Source: Podarcis bocagei
Lineage: Eukaryota
Strand: one strand, 5' to 3'
NCBI GenBank assembly: GCA_964188305.1
Contig: OZ076888.1
Length of the DNA stretch: 64,000 nucleotides
The notes beneath the pieces are model-generated. The model was not told the DNA's origin. It saw nothing but the letters and a program-made list of their open reading frames with translations, and did not search any database. Position numbers and translations under genes: made by a program. Positions within the stretch are counted from its first letter, which is position 1, and every line of letters starts with the position of its first letter. This document shows positions 36,801-46,435 of this stretch, in pieces.

Positions 36801-39800
36801 ATCTAGCCCGTGAACAATAGTGTCTTTCCCTGAACAACAGAAGGAGATCCACCTATACCCTGGTTGAATATTGAGTCATGGGTTTGGGAGTTAGATACAA
36901 ATAACAGCATTCTGGGCTGAAGCATGAGACTATAAATATTTTATTTTAAATTATTTCATAAAATTTATTGTTAAAAGAAAAACCACCCCTCAAAGTAGTT
37001 TGGCATCTATTGTATGAATGGAAGGTTGCCATACCTTATCTCACAGTGCTTCTAGCGGGCTGCCCATGAGATAGGGTTGCCATACGTCTGGAATTTTCTG
37101 GACATATCCGGAATATTGTAGTACATCCTGCTAAGATGTCTGGGAAAATCTGGACGTTTTTGCTGATTTTCTTAAAAACTAGCTTAAAAACGTCATGTGA
37201 ATCTGCCCAAAAAGCTCAACAACTTTGGGCAAACTAAGAAAAGCTCAATAACTTTGTGGGTCCAGATATGGAAACCCTCCCATAAGTTGTTGGTTCTGTT
37301 GCACGGATGCAAGTGATGGGACAGCAAAGGTTGTTCTTCCTCATTCCCTTCCCTTCCCTGCCCTTTCCTTGGGGGAGCTGGTTCAGCCAAATGCAGACTG
37401 GGCCCGAATGGGACATGAGGCCTGAGCCTGCTTCTCTCGACTTTTCTCTCCTTCCTGCAGGGACTTACTGTGAGCAGCTAATGGATGTCTGCTCCCTGGA
37501 GCTTAGCCCCTGCCAGCATGATGCCGTGTGCAGGGTTACCCCTGATGGGCCCAAGTGAGTGATTTAGCAGCTACCATTGGTGGCATGGGGGGAAGCAGAA
37601 GATTTAAACCTACAGCAAACCAGGGGAATTGCAACAGACTTCTAAAGTGGATAGGAAAGGGATGCAGCTACATCCAGTGAGTGGCTTCTTCCTGTCCCTG
37701 CCTACAGGTGTGAATGCATGCCCGGCTTTGTGGGAGATAATTGCAGTGTAGACTATGACGACTGCCTAGACCATCGCTGCCAGAACAACGCCAAGTGCTT
37801 TGATGAGCCAAATGGATATTCCTGCCTTTGTACTGGAGGCTACAGGTAAGGTGGTGAGATGGGCAGGAGTATATTACCAGTTCAACTCATTCTAAGCTAC
37901 CTGCAAACCTCAACACCTGGGATTGCCCTCTACTGGAAGAGTTCCACAAGGGTGGCTGGGAGAAAGAGGTACAACAAAAAGAGTGATCAGTTGTTACCCG
38001 AAGTGTCAAAGAATGATTACCGTATTTTTCTCCCTATAGGATGCACTTTCCCCCCTCCAAAAACGAAGGGGAAATATGTGCGCGTCCTATGGGGCGAATG
38101 CAGGCTTTCGCTGAAGCCTGGAGCGTGAGAGGGGTCGGTGCGCACTGACCCCTCTCACTCTCCAGGCTTCAGGAAGCTATCCACAAGCCTTGGGAGCCCG
38201 GCGAGTTCCCGCCGGGCTCCCAAGGCTTGCGGACAGCAAGCTCCGGGAGCGATGGCAAGGTTGAGCACAACCTCGCCGTCACTCCCGGACCCGTTCTGGG
38301 GGCTGGGGTTGGGGGAAGCTCGGGCTTCCCCCACCCCCAGCCCGGCAAGCTCCAGGAGCGATGGCGAGGTTGCGCAACCTCGCCTTTGCTCCCGGACCCC
38401 TAGCCCCGAGGCTAAAAATAAAGCCAGGACAGCTAGCGGGAGCCATCCCGCTCGCTGTCATGGCTTCTTTGCTCTTTGGGGCTCGGGGAAAAAAATATTT
38501 TCCCCCCTTTATTTCCCCCCCCCCAAAAAAATAAGTGCACCCTATGGGCCGGTGCGCCCTATAGGGCGAAAAATACGGTAGTTTTAAGAGCCTGGCTGTT
38601 TCCAGAGTTGTTTGACTGTGCTTATGAGATTAAAAGAATGCATCTCACATTTGCTGGGACTTTGTACCACACAAGGAGTTACATGCCTAGTGTGCATTGC
38701 TCTGCCCACCAAGGAGTTGAGACAAGTTGTTCTGAACATCCTGGCAAAAGTAGTTCCTGTATACAGGGAAGTAATGTACAGAGATATGCAACATAGCTGT
38801 GTCCTGCAGCTGAGGTCAGCTTAAAAGACTTGGGGCACATGCCCATGACATAAACCTGCATAAATGTAGAATGCCTCTGGGCAAATTAAGAGGGTGGCAG
38901 GGCCAGCTTGCCCATGAGACAAAATGAGGCAAATGCCTCAGGTGGCAGGATCCACAGGGCAGTGGATTCAGCCTCAAAGGGATGCTGTGGTGGCAGCAAC
39001 AGCTGTGGTGTACTCCTTGGAGGGCAGATCTGCCACTTCCTCAACAGCCCCCCCCCATGTCACCTCTACAGTGACTAGGGAGAAAATGGTGGGGGCTGCC
39101 CTCTGGGCATGATTCAGAGTGAGCCCCCCCAATGGCCTTTGATTCCCACTTCAGCCGTCCAGTAAGGTTGACTCTATGTTCCTGGTGTAGATCTTCACTC
39201 ACCCTTTCTTCCCTGGTTGCGGGGGGAGCACACCATTTTGTGGTTCACCTCAGATGCTAAAATGTATTGGGCTGGCCCTGTCTCCTGGACCACCCCATAA
39301 CGACACCCCTGGCCAAAGATATTCTGGTTGTCTTTATTGATGAAGAAGCAGAAGAAGCAAACTGAGTAAAGTGTGTCAGTCTTCTCTTAGGATTCAGGGC
39401 GGTGTGGTGACTTGTATGTCACTTGAGTACTTGCCTTGCCCATTCACTTGATGCCCCAGTGCAGTGAACTGGAGTGCTTTTACTGCAGGCACAAACAGGG
39501 ACCAGGAAAGATCATGGGTCAACACACATGCATGTGATTCCAGGCACATTTTACTCACCCTCTGGGAAGAGGAAAATCAGAGGAGAGGGCACACTGCCTT
39601 AAAACTGTATGAGTGCCACAGGGTCCAGCTGTGGTCCTGCTAAGACTCTGTGGTGTTGTCTCCAAGTTGCCTCCTGCAATTTGTGCCTTGTTGTGTTCTC
39701 ACTCTTATCATAGTGGCCAGCTCTGTGAGATTCCACCCCATGGCTCCCTCCAACCCAGCCCATGCGAGAGGGCAGAATGCCAGAATGGTGCCAACTGTGT

Positions 39801-42800
39801 GGAGCTAGGCAGTCGTGCCTTATGCCAGTGCCTTCCTGGCTTTGGGGGGCCCAAATGCGAGAAGCTGCTGAGTGTCAACTTTGTGGACAGGGACACGTAC
39901 CTCCAGTTCACTGACCTGCAAAACTGGCCCAGCGCCAACATCACTTTGCAGGTAAGTGTTGATTAGCAAGGCTGCCTCCTCCGCCACCCCAAGAGCGGGC
40001 ATCTGCCCACACTCTTCATCCGTGCCATTTGTGGGACTGGTTGGATTGTAGAATTAATGTTTCTGCCCCTTGCTTGTTCATTCCCTCGTTCTCTGCAGGT
40101 CTCCACGGCTGAAGACAATGGGATCCTCTTATATAATGGAGACACTGACCACATGGCGGTGGAGCTGTACCAAGGCCATGTGCGCGTCAGCTATGATCCA
40201 GGCACCTACCCCAGCTCTGCCATTTACAGGTAGCCCTCTGCCTTTGGCTTCTCCTTCCAGCTCAGAGTGACCCTCAGTCATTGAGCAAAGCTGCACATTG
40301 ACCATGAAGGCAAAAGGAAGGGTTTGGGGGTCTGGATCGTGGGGAGTTAGTGCAGAAGTGACAGGGAACACAAGGCAAAGCGGATGCGGGTGCTGCACTT
40401 CCATGCTGGATGGGTGCAGATGGCTGTGGATGCCCGATATCAGGCCAAAGGTTGGGTGCCACCAGCCTTTCCCATCCCACACCTCCCTTCTCTCCCTAGT
40501 GCAGAGACCATCAATGACGGGCAGTTCCACACTGTAGAGCTGGTGACCTTTGAGCGGATGGTAAACCTCTCCATCGATGGAGGAGACCCCATGACCATGG
40601 ACGGCTTTGGCAAGGCCCACACGCTGAACTCTGAGGCTCCACTCTATGTTGGGGGTAGGACTGTGACTTGGGCCCATTCCAGTTGGGGAGAAGGGGGGTG
40701 AGAGAGGCTGGTATCTCTGTCATCAGGCATGCTTGCACCTGGAGGGCACTAACTGAATGGAGAACTCCTTCACTCTTCTTAGCTCACGTCCATTGGATAA
40801 TAATGATGCAAGAGGAACGTTTCTGTTCTCCTCTCCAGGGTGGGGTGTCTGAGCTGATACTGCAGGGCACTAAGAGCCAAGTGCCAAACTAAGGAGGAGT
40901 GACGGGCGCTGTGGGAGAGGGGAGAGAAATGGAAGAAGGTGGCTCTTAACATTCCACACAGCATTCCAGAATAAGGAATGCTCTTTTCCTTCCACCAGCA
41001 CCATCTCTCTTTCCCCCAGGACCTTGCTCTTCCCTCCTCTTCCTGCCCCTTACCTTGCTGTTCTGGCTCTCCCCTCCGCAGGGATGCCCGTGGATGTGAA
41101 CTCTGCCGCCTTCCGCCTCTGGCAGATCCTGAATGGCTCCAGCTTCCATGGCTGCATCCGCAACCTCTACATCAACAACGAGCTGCAGGACTTCACTAAG
41201 ACGCAGATGAAGCCGGGGGTGGTGCCCGGCTGTGAGCCTTGCCGCAAGCTCTACTGCCTGCATGGCATTTGCCAACCCAACACCCCTCATGGCCCCATTT
41301 GCCACTGTGATCCAGGCTGGGTCGGGCCCCATTGTGACCAGCCCGTTAGCAACCCCTGCCAGGGCCACAAGTGAGTACACAGCAGCAGAATCCCCCTCCA
41401 CCCTTTCCTTGTGGGCTTCTTCTCTCACTGCAGTGCTGTGTGCAAGATGGAGAACGTGTGGGGAGGGATTGCAGCTCAGTGGTGGAGCATGTGCTTTTCA
41501 CACAGAAGCACACAGAATCCCTAGCATTTCACACATAATCCCTAGCATTTCCACTTTGAAAGGATCAGGAACGACCTCTGCCTGAGACCCTACAGAGCCA
41601 CTGCCTGTCAGAGCAGACAATTTTGGGCTAGATGCACCCATAGTCTGACCTGTGTTCCTAAGTGTGACTGGAATTGCATCCATATCTTGTGGGCTCTGAT
41701 GGGCAGTATTTTGCCTCTCCTGTCTATTCATCTCTGATGAGGCGGGGCAGGCAGGGCATTTATGATTGTAGCAACAAAAGCAGAAATTAGTTGCCTCTAA
41801 AGCCCAGCACAGGGGCATAGGTTTGGGAACAGCGTTCAAGAACAACAGCACATACCATATACCAACTCCTCCTTCACCTTTAAAGGAGCATCAATAAAGC
41901 TGTATTTGTATATATGGAGGATAAGGGAAGTTGGGGAGTCAGTGAGAACGCTTCTCCCCTCTCACTTCTTTGTATTCCTAAGATGACGTTGGAGAAGCCA
42001 AGGTGCACAGAGAATCTTGCAGGTCCTTCCTATGTTAAATGATGCTTCTAGAAGATGGTGGCCTAACTGCAACCTTTTGAATTCACCTATATTTAGCTTT
42101 ATGTTTCACTCATTCTACAGGTGCATCCATGGAATCTGCATGCCCCTTGATGCCCTTTCCTATAGTTGCCAGTGTCAGGATGGCTACAAGGGAGCCTTGT
42201 GCAACCAGCAAGGGGAACTCCACAACCCATGCAAGAGCTTGCAGTGTGTTCATGGTCAGTGCCAGATCTCAGACACAGGCGAGGCCTTCTGTGAATGCAA
42301 CGGGGGATTTGATGGCGACCTCTGTGACCAAGGTCAGGCACATCTCCCTTTCTTCCTTACATTCCCACGTGCTCCATAGCTAAGGACCCCTGAGGGCCCT
42401 CGCCTGATAAGACGCTTGGGCCTCTACCTAAGCTGCCAGTATTGTGTTAAGCTAGGTATGCCCACCGTGGGCAGAGGAAACCCCAGCCAGGGCGTAAAGG
42501 TAAAGGGACCCCTGACCATTAGGTCCAGTCGTGACCGACTCTGGGGTTGCGGCTCTCATCTCGCTTTATTGGCCGAGGGAACCGGTGTACAGGTTCCAGG
42601 TCATGTGACCAGCATGACTAAGCCGCTTCTGGCGAACCAGAGCAGTGCACGGAAACGCCATTTACCTTCCCGCCAGAAGTGACGTGCTTTCGAACTGCTA
42701 GGTTGGCAGGAGCAGGGACTGAGCAACGGGAGCTCACCCCGCCGCGGGAATTCGAACCGCTGACCTTCTGATCGGCAAGTCCTAGGCTCTGTGGTTTAAC

Positions 42801-43585
42801 CCACAGCACCACCCGCATCGCAGCCAGGGCGTACTTAGATGCTATTTCTTGCCTAGCCTCTTCCCCTAGTAAGTTTTCTAGCAACTGTAGACCCCCATCC
42901 CTTCTGTTGCACCGGCTATAAATGGGAATTTGGAATTCCGTGGTTCCACAGAACAGCCAGTGTTGTACATCCCAGTACAATACCGTTGCACTCTTCTTCC
43001 AGACACTATGGGCACAACTTTGGTAAGGGAGCATGAGCAACTGAGCCACAAATTCTTGATTCCCCACCCCCACCCCGTTCTGCCTCTCTGTCCTCCCCTT
43101 CCATTGACAAAAAGCAAGACCAGTTTTGCAGGACCCCCAGCCAACAAGATAAGGGACAGATAAGATTTTTTCTACCTGTCGCTAACCATTCAAAAGGCAA
43201 GATCATTCGTCATAGTATGCTTATACATACTATAATGCCCAGCTTTTTGAGTTGACCTTCACCAGAACCCCAAGCATAATGTGTAATGAAGGCTTTCTCA
43301 GAGGAGCCTCCTTGCCTGACTTCCCTCTTCCTAATGTTTTCCCTAGAGTCGGAGTGTCGGGGTGAGGCCGTGCGAGACTTCCACCAGGTCCAGCGAGGCT
43401 ATGCCATTTGCCAGACAACCCGGCCTGTCTCCTGGGTGGAGTGCCGGGGATCGTGCCCAGGGCCAGGATGCTGTGCAGGACTGCGCCTCAAGCGCAGGAA
43501 ATACACCTTTGAGTGCAGCGACGGCTCTTCCTTTGTGGAGGAGGTGGAAAAACCCAGCAAATGCGGCTGTTCCCAGTGCATGTAG
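11891..43585 (+). CDS. SLIT1: SLIT1 (slit guidance ligand 1), spliced CDS, exons 5-37; 5' exons lie upstream of the window
   Basis: 33 AG/GT-bounded exons with compatible phases give one frame (4192 nt): LRR x4, EGF x6, LamG, EGF x3, CTCK. Peptides such as [11 protein letters not shown] and [18 protein letters not shown] are SLIT1-type, and adjacency to LCOR matches known synteny. Confidence 0.97.
12399..12470 (+). CDS. SLIT1: SLIT1 exon 6 (72 nt; [24 protein letters not shown])
   Basis: actcag| ... |gtaagt. Confidence 0.95.
12870..13240 (+). mobile_element. L2-like LINE 3' end
   Basis: gccttctcagtggtggcccc...aacctccc motif and aaagggcgggtgataaat plus (caa/taa)n tail. Confidence 0.65.
13804..13875 (+). 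CDS. SLIT1: SLIT1 exon 7 (72 nt; [24 protein letters not shown])
   Basis: ctgcag| ... |gtgagc. Confidence 0.95.
14264..14637 (-). mobile_element. Sauria SINE (Squam1), full length
   Basis: tRNA head with B box on - strand, (ACCTTT)n tail; TSD gaatgcagagta 14252-14263 / gaatgcaaagta 14639-14650. Confidence 0.92.
14872..15035 (+). CDS. SLIT1: SLIT1 exon 8 (164 nt; LRRCT1, [29 protein letters not shown]...)
   Basis: ctacag| ... |gtcagt. Confidence 0.95.
15787..15934 (+). CDS. SLIT1: SLIT1 exon 9 (148 nt; LRRNT of D2, [19 protein letters not shown])
   Basis: ctgcag| ... |gtgagt. Confidence 0.95.
16130..16562. mobile_element. hAT MITE
   Basis: TIR caggggtggggaacc / gcttcaccactcctc; 8-bp TSD ccttatgt / ccttatgc. 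Confidence 0.75.
16821..16892 (+). CDS. SLIT1: SLIT1 exon 10 (72 nt; [24 protein letters not shown])
   Basis: atgcag| ... |gtgagt. Confidence 0.95.
17201..17272 (+). CDS. SLIT1: SLIT1 exon 11 (72 nt; [24 protein letters not shown])
   Basis: tttcag| ... |gtgagt. Confidence 0.95.
17994..18065 (+). CDS. SLIT1: SLIT1 exon 12 (72 nt; [24 protein letters not shown])
   Basis: ttccag| ... |gtaagc. Confidence 0.95.
18420..18684. mobile_element. hAT (Charlie-like) MITE, young
   Basis: TIR caggggtcagcaa / ttgccgacccctg; perfect 8-bp TSD atctatac at 18412-18419 and 18685-18692. Confidence 0.9.
18886..18931. repeat. (TG)23 microsatellite
   Basis: Direct reading. Confidence 0.95.
18995..19138 (+). CDS. 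SLIT1: SLIT1 exon 13 (144 nt; [15 protein letters not shown]...LRAIQTL)
   Basis: ctccag| ... |gtgagt. Confidence 0.95.
19673..19836 (+). CDS. SLIT1: SLIT1 exon 14 (164 nt; LRRCT2, [20 protein letters not shown]...KSKKFRCS)
   Basis: ctacag| ... c|gtatga; includes the basic patch of D2. Confidence 0.93.
20298..20321 (+). CDS. SLIT1: SLIT1 exon 15, 24-nt microexon (P-KEQYFIP-G)
   Basis: tcacag|ccaaagaacagtatttcattccag|gtaagg; matches the AKEQYFIP cassette of vertebrate Slits. Confidence 0.93.
20984..21128 (+). CDS. SLIT1: SLIT1 exon 16 (145 nt; LRRNT of D3)
   Basis: tggcag| [22 protein letters not shown]... |gtaagt. Confidence 0.95.
21458..21655 (-). mobile_element. CR1 LINE 3' end
   Basis: aacataagaagagccctgttggatcaggcc...tagtccagcat, typical antisense CR1 terminus. 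Confidence 0.7.
21788..21872 (-). repeat. (TTA)n microsatellite forming the tail of a short retroelement 3' fragment
   Basis: About 16 TTA units followed by ccacccatctgactgggttgcctcagccactc. Confidence 0.7.
22485..22559 (+). CDS. SLIT1: SLIT1 exon 17 (75 nt; [25 protein letters not shown])
   Basis: ttgcag| ... |gtgagt. Confidence 0.95.
23275..23418 (+). CDS. SLIT1: SLIT1 exon 18 (144 nt)
   Basis: tcccag| [15 protein letters not shown]... |gtaagt. Confidence 0.95.
23599..23742 (+). CDS. SLIT1: SLIT1 exon 19 (144 nt)
   Basis: ttccag| [15 protein letters not shown]... |gtgagt. Confidence 0.95.
23866..24066 (+). mobile_element. Squam2-like tRNA SINE, diverged
   Basis: Head catagctcaggagtaga; tail gtagacaaaactgagcta...cagcttcct. 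Confidence 0.65.
24206..24372 (+). CDS. SLIT1: SLIT1 exon 20 (167 nt; LRRCT3)
   Basis: gcccag| [16 protein letters not shown]... |gtaact. Confidence 0.95.
25776..25908 (+). CDS. SLIT1: SLIT1 exon 21 (133 nt; LRRNT of D4)
   Basis: tggcag| [16 protein letters not shown]... |gtgagt. Confidence 0.95.
26517..26585 (+). CDS. SLIT1: SLIT1 exon 22 (69 nt; [23 protein letters not shown])
   Basis: ttgcag| ... |gtaagt. Confidence 0.95.
28050..28397. mobile_element. Composite hAT-like MITE with internal retroelement-tail fragment
   Basis: Termini ataccctccaac / ttggggggtctg; repeated gaaaataggga(c/t)a motifs. Confidence 0.55.
28457..28528 (+). CDS. SLIT1: SLIT1 exon 23 (72 nt; [24 protein letters not shown])
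   Basis: ttacag| ... |gtgagt. Confidence 0.95.
29942..30013 (+). CDS. SLIT1: SLIT1 exon 24 (72 nt; [24 protein letters not shown])
   Basis: cctcag| ... |gtaggt. Confidence 0.95.
30495..30566 (+). CDS. SLIT1: SLIT1 exon 25 (72 nt; [24 protein letters not shown])
   Basis: gcacag| ... |gtgagt. Confidence 0.95.
30946..30987. repeat. (TG)n(CG)8(CA)n alternating purine-pyrimidine tract
   Basis: Direct reading. Confidence 0.95.
31641..31667 (+). promoter_or_regulatory. Candidate CTCF site
   Basis: Core gccactagaggcagc with upstream cagttcc module. Confidence 0.5.
31753..31916 (+). CDS. SLIT1: SLIT1 exon 26 (164 nt; LRRCT4)
   Basis: ttacag| [16 protein letters not shown]... |gtaagt. Confidence 0.95.
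32500..32670 (-). mobile_element. Squam2-like tRNA SINE 5' part
   Basis: Reverse complement gives ctgtagctcagc...gttgcatgcagaa...ggttcaatccctggc. Confidence 0.65.
32952..33076 (+). CDS. SLIT1: SLIT1 exon 27 (125 nt; EGF1)
   Basis: atgcag| ...[15 protein letters not shown]... |gtgaga. Confidence 0.95.
33712..33809 (+). CDS. SLIT1: SLIT1 exon 28 (98 nt; EGF2)
   Basis: ttccag| [22 protein letters not shown]... |gtgagt. Confidence 0.95.
35993..36082. mobile_element. 90-bp hAT MITE
   Basis: TIR catagctgtcaa / ttgacagctatg; TSD ctccaagt / ctccaagg. Confidence 0.8.
36405..36544 (+). CDS. SLIT1: SLIT1 exon 29 (140 nt; EGF2/EGF3)
   Basis: tgacag| [12 protein letters not shown]...CLCLPLFTG |gtaggg. 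Confidence 0.93.
37072..37279. mobile_element. hAT (Blackjack-like) MITE
   Basis: TIR tagggttgccata / tatggaaaccct. Confidence 0.7.
37461..37554 (+). CDS. SLIT1: SLIT1 exon 30 (94 nt; EGF4)
   Basis: ctgcag| ... |gtgagt. Confidence 0.95.
37708..37845 (+). CDS. SLIT1: SLIT1 exon 31 (138 nt; EGF4/EGF5)
   Basis: ctacag| [26 protein letters not shown]... |gtaagg. Confidence 0.95.
38018..38580. mobile_element. Tc1/mariner (Tc2-like) MITE, young and CpG-rich
   Basis: TA TSDs; TIR ccgtatttttctccctatagg / cctatagggcgaaaaatacgg. Confidence 0.9.
38898..39280. mobile_element. hAT MITE
   Basis: TIR cagggccagc / gctggccctg with internal tgaggca / cctca subterminal motifs. Confidence 0.6.
39714..39951 (+). 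CDS. SLIT1: SLIT1 exon 32 (238 nt; EGF6 and LamG start)
   Basis: tcatag| GQLCEIPP...NITLQ |gtaagt. Confidence 0.95.
40099..40229 (+). CDS. SLIT1: SLIT1 exon 33 (131 nt; LamG)
   Basis: ctgcag| [14 protein letters not shown]... |gtagcc. Confidence 0.95.
40500..40654 (+). CDS. SLIT1: SLIT1 exon 34 (155 nt; LamG)
   Basis: ccctag| [14 protein letters not shown]...LYVG |gtagga. Confidence 0.95.
41082..41370 (+). CDS. SLIT1: SLIT1 exon 35 (289 nt; LamG end, EGF7)
   Basis: ccgcag| [14 protein letters not shown]... |gtgagt. Confidence 0.95.
41461..41660 (+). mobile_element. Squam2-like tRNA SINE with internal ~21-bp tandem duplication
   Basis: Head gcagctcagtggtggagcatgtgc; aatccctagcatttc occurs twice (41509-41551). 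Confidence 0.7.
42121..42332 (+). CDS. SLIT1: SLIT1 exon 36 (212 nt; EGF8/EGF9)
   Basis: ctacag| [16 protein letters not shown]... |gtcagg. Confidence 0.95.
42497..42820 (-). mobile_element. Sauria SINE (Squam1) with internal deletion
   Basis: Perfect 13-bp TSD cagccagggcgta at 42484-42496 and 42821-42833; lacks the gcggtacctatttatctacttgcac segment of the 14264 copy. Confidence 0.92.
43347..43585 (+). CDS. SLIT1: SLIT1 exon 37 coding part (C-terminal cystine knot, stop TAG)
   Basis: ccctag| [12 protein letters not shown]...KCGCSQCM*. Confidence 0.96.
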
Positions 43586-46435
43586 CCTCCAGCAAGGGAC
43601 AGGCCGGAGCCAGAGACAAGTGGGCCAGGCCTGCCCTGACAGAGGCCTTGGGAACACCCTTGCCATCTCCTCTTGCCCCTGTTGCTGCTTGGAAGAGGGG
43701 TGGGGCAGGGCTCTCAGTTTGGCAACGGAGCATCTCCTTCGGCATGGTGACAATGGCTCTTCTGGATGGACCAGACAAAGGTGTAGATAGAAGACTTTTG
43801 CTGGGAAATCCAGCCCAACAGATGTATTTATATCCAGCACAGACTCTATCTGGGGCCACTACTTGTGCACAATACGGATTCTTAGCAAGCCTGGCCATGC
43901 CTGTTTGTTTTGCCCAGTGTGGTGCCCTGAGAGGCCATGTCCACAGCTCATGCCTAGACACGGGATCCTGCCATTTCATATCTTGTCATTTTACCTGGTG
44001 TTAGACCCTGCTATCCTGCACCATGTCTGTCTTTTTTCCCCCTTTTCTTTTGGCAGTTTTGCTTTTTCTCTTGTTGAATACCCACCTTTCCTATTCCTAC
44101 TGGCTGCTCATTGCAACCTCATCTTCTGCTTATAGGACTAAATTGCAAGTAATGCAGAGGCAGCACCCGGGGCAAAGGCAGGAGGATTGTGTGCTGCAGA
44201 ATTAGCAAAGATAAAATCCCTTAGGTGAATGGGAAGCGTTTGTATGAACAGTTGCCTCCTATACCGGATGGTTGCAAGGTAAAGGTATTTAAAAACAGCT
44301 TAACCTTGGAGCTGCAGTCTGGTCTCAACTAATAGCAGAAAGGAGCCACACTTGCTCCACGTAGAATGATCCACCAGCATTAACAGGACTTACCGCCACT
44401 TCCCTAATTTTGAAATCCTATACTCACTTAGCTGGGAGTAAGCACCATTGAACACAATGAGACTTAACTGCCAAATAAGCATGTGTAGGATCTTGTTGCA
44501 TGAGGGCTGGAGAAACCTTGGCTAGCAGTCTTCCTGTTGTACCTCTGATGGATGGGACAGGGAGACTTTCATGTCCCCAGTTATAAAGCCAGCCATCTCC
44601 ATGATTTGAGGGCAGCAACAGGGACAGACGTAGTTTTCTCTGATTCTGCCTATATCACTGCCTTTCTACACCACAAAATCTGTCTTCTGCCCAAATGCCA
44701 TCTGGTTTGCTGTAATGAAAAGTCTAGATATTTTCAGAGTGGTGCCTGTTCTGCAACCCAACGTCTGTGAACTTGAGAATAATCATTTTCATACCCATCA
44801 TGCTCACTTTCACCTGCCTTTTAGAACGGGAGGGGGGAATGAATTGCATGTGTCTCTTGCACTCAGTTTACTGTAGCATTACTCTTCATACACCAGGCCC
44901 ACCCACAAAGTACCATTGTCCTCTTGTAATGGGTTGTGGGGTTGGGTATATCAGCCACCGCCTGCAATAAAAGCTGAAGCACAGGCTTCCAAAGCAAGTG
45001 CTATAGATTATTTGCTCAGGTGGGGTTAGGCCTGGGCCACAGCAACAGAAGAAATAAGATGGCTCTTTAAGATCTAGGCAGTTAAAATAAACTAAGCTGA
45101 CAGTACCTTCTCTTGCTATGTTTCCAAATCCCTGTTTGATAGAGTTTTTATGCTAGACCCTGGACAATAGAGCTGCAAATTGGTCAAAGACACTTTTGAT
45201 CTAACTTATTCTTGCAGAGAAAAAGTAGTTTGCACTTATCACCACTAGCTACTGACCAATAATTAGAAGTAAAACCATTAGAGTTGGGGGGTGGGGTGGG
45301 GTGGGGTGAGAAACACCAAGCCAGATTCCTTCAAATTCTGCACATGAAAAGTTAATATCTCTGATCTATATGCACTATGTTAATTAAGCAAATCTGAATA
45401 TTATTTACAGAGTTTGCTCTTCTTCTCTTGGTTGGGAGGAGAAAAGAAATAGCACACAGAAGCTGCCATGTCCCAACCACTGGAAATGCTACTTACCCAG
45501 CCTGGGTTGTTGAGATTTCCATCAGACAGAGGCTTTAAAGTGTGTAGGAGACACTTGAAGGCTTGAAACAACTTTGTTCAAAAAAAAATTTGAGATGATA
45601 TTCTCAGGATGCAGAATTTTCACCCAGTAGTCATGCCAGAATCCAGTTGCTGAGAAACAACGTGCTCTCTGGTACAAGCCTGGAGGCCTTGGCTGTACAT
45701 GTGTTCTTGTTTCCAGGGCAACCTCAGCCAGATGATTGTTCCCTGAAACTTATGGATCATGTTTCCTATGGTGGGGGGAAGTTTCCCTCCTAAAAGGTAG
45801 AGCTACTTGCCTAGAAGCATCTGGTATATGTAATCTCAAGGTTGCAGGTTTCTAGGAGGTACATTGGATATGGGAGAAATAAAAGGGTAGCATCTCGGGA
45901 TACCCCCTAGTATAAAACAATTGGTTATTAGAAGCACAGGTTTTCAACTATACACTATATTATGGGTAAAACCAGCAGCAAGGAGGCTATCCTTTGCTTC
46001 TGCAGAGAATCAAATGGATGGCTAGTTGCAGGGGCTTCTACAGGGGCTCCCACCTTGTATCTCTGCGTGTGCTAGTCATGCAGAACCTGCTAACTCTTCC
46101 ATTGCTGCAGGTTAAGAGACAGAAACTACATGACAGCAGGGCATAAGTTGCCTTGCTAGTACTAAAAGCCTTGACTGGTGACTTTTGCAGACAGGTACAG
46201 CATGAAACTCTGTTAACATAACAGGATCTGTGGGGCCATTTAAATCTGCAGCCATTCTTTCATATTCTGGTTTTGCCATCTTAAGTATTTTTCATTTCTA
46301 TTTATTATAGAAACCTCAAGAATGTTAAATGTATTTTTCTTCACACTGAGAATGTGCAGCTTTTAAACTTCCATTTGTAAGGTTCCTAAACAAGTTCAAT
46401 TACACAAAATAAACTAATTAGGGTTTTTGGAATTT
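43586..46435 (+). other. SLIT1: SLIT1 3'UTR (inferred extent)
   Basis: Runs from the stop codon to an AU-rich block with AATAAA at 46408-46413. Confidence 0.6.
46408..46413 (+). terminator. Probable distal SLIT1 poly(A) signal AATAAA
   Basis: AU-rich upstream context, G/U-rich downstream (gggtttttgg); alternatives at 44966-44971 and 45878-45883. Confidence 0.55.

Noticed and set aside
38138-38581. 147-aa ORF and repeat-spacer-like look
   Set aside because: Lies inside a GC-rich MITE; not a transposase and not a CRISPR array (eukaryotic locus, only two direct repeats)
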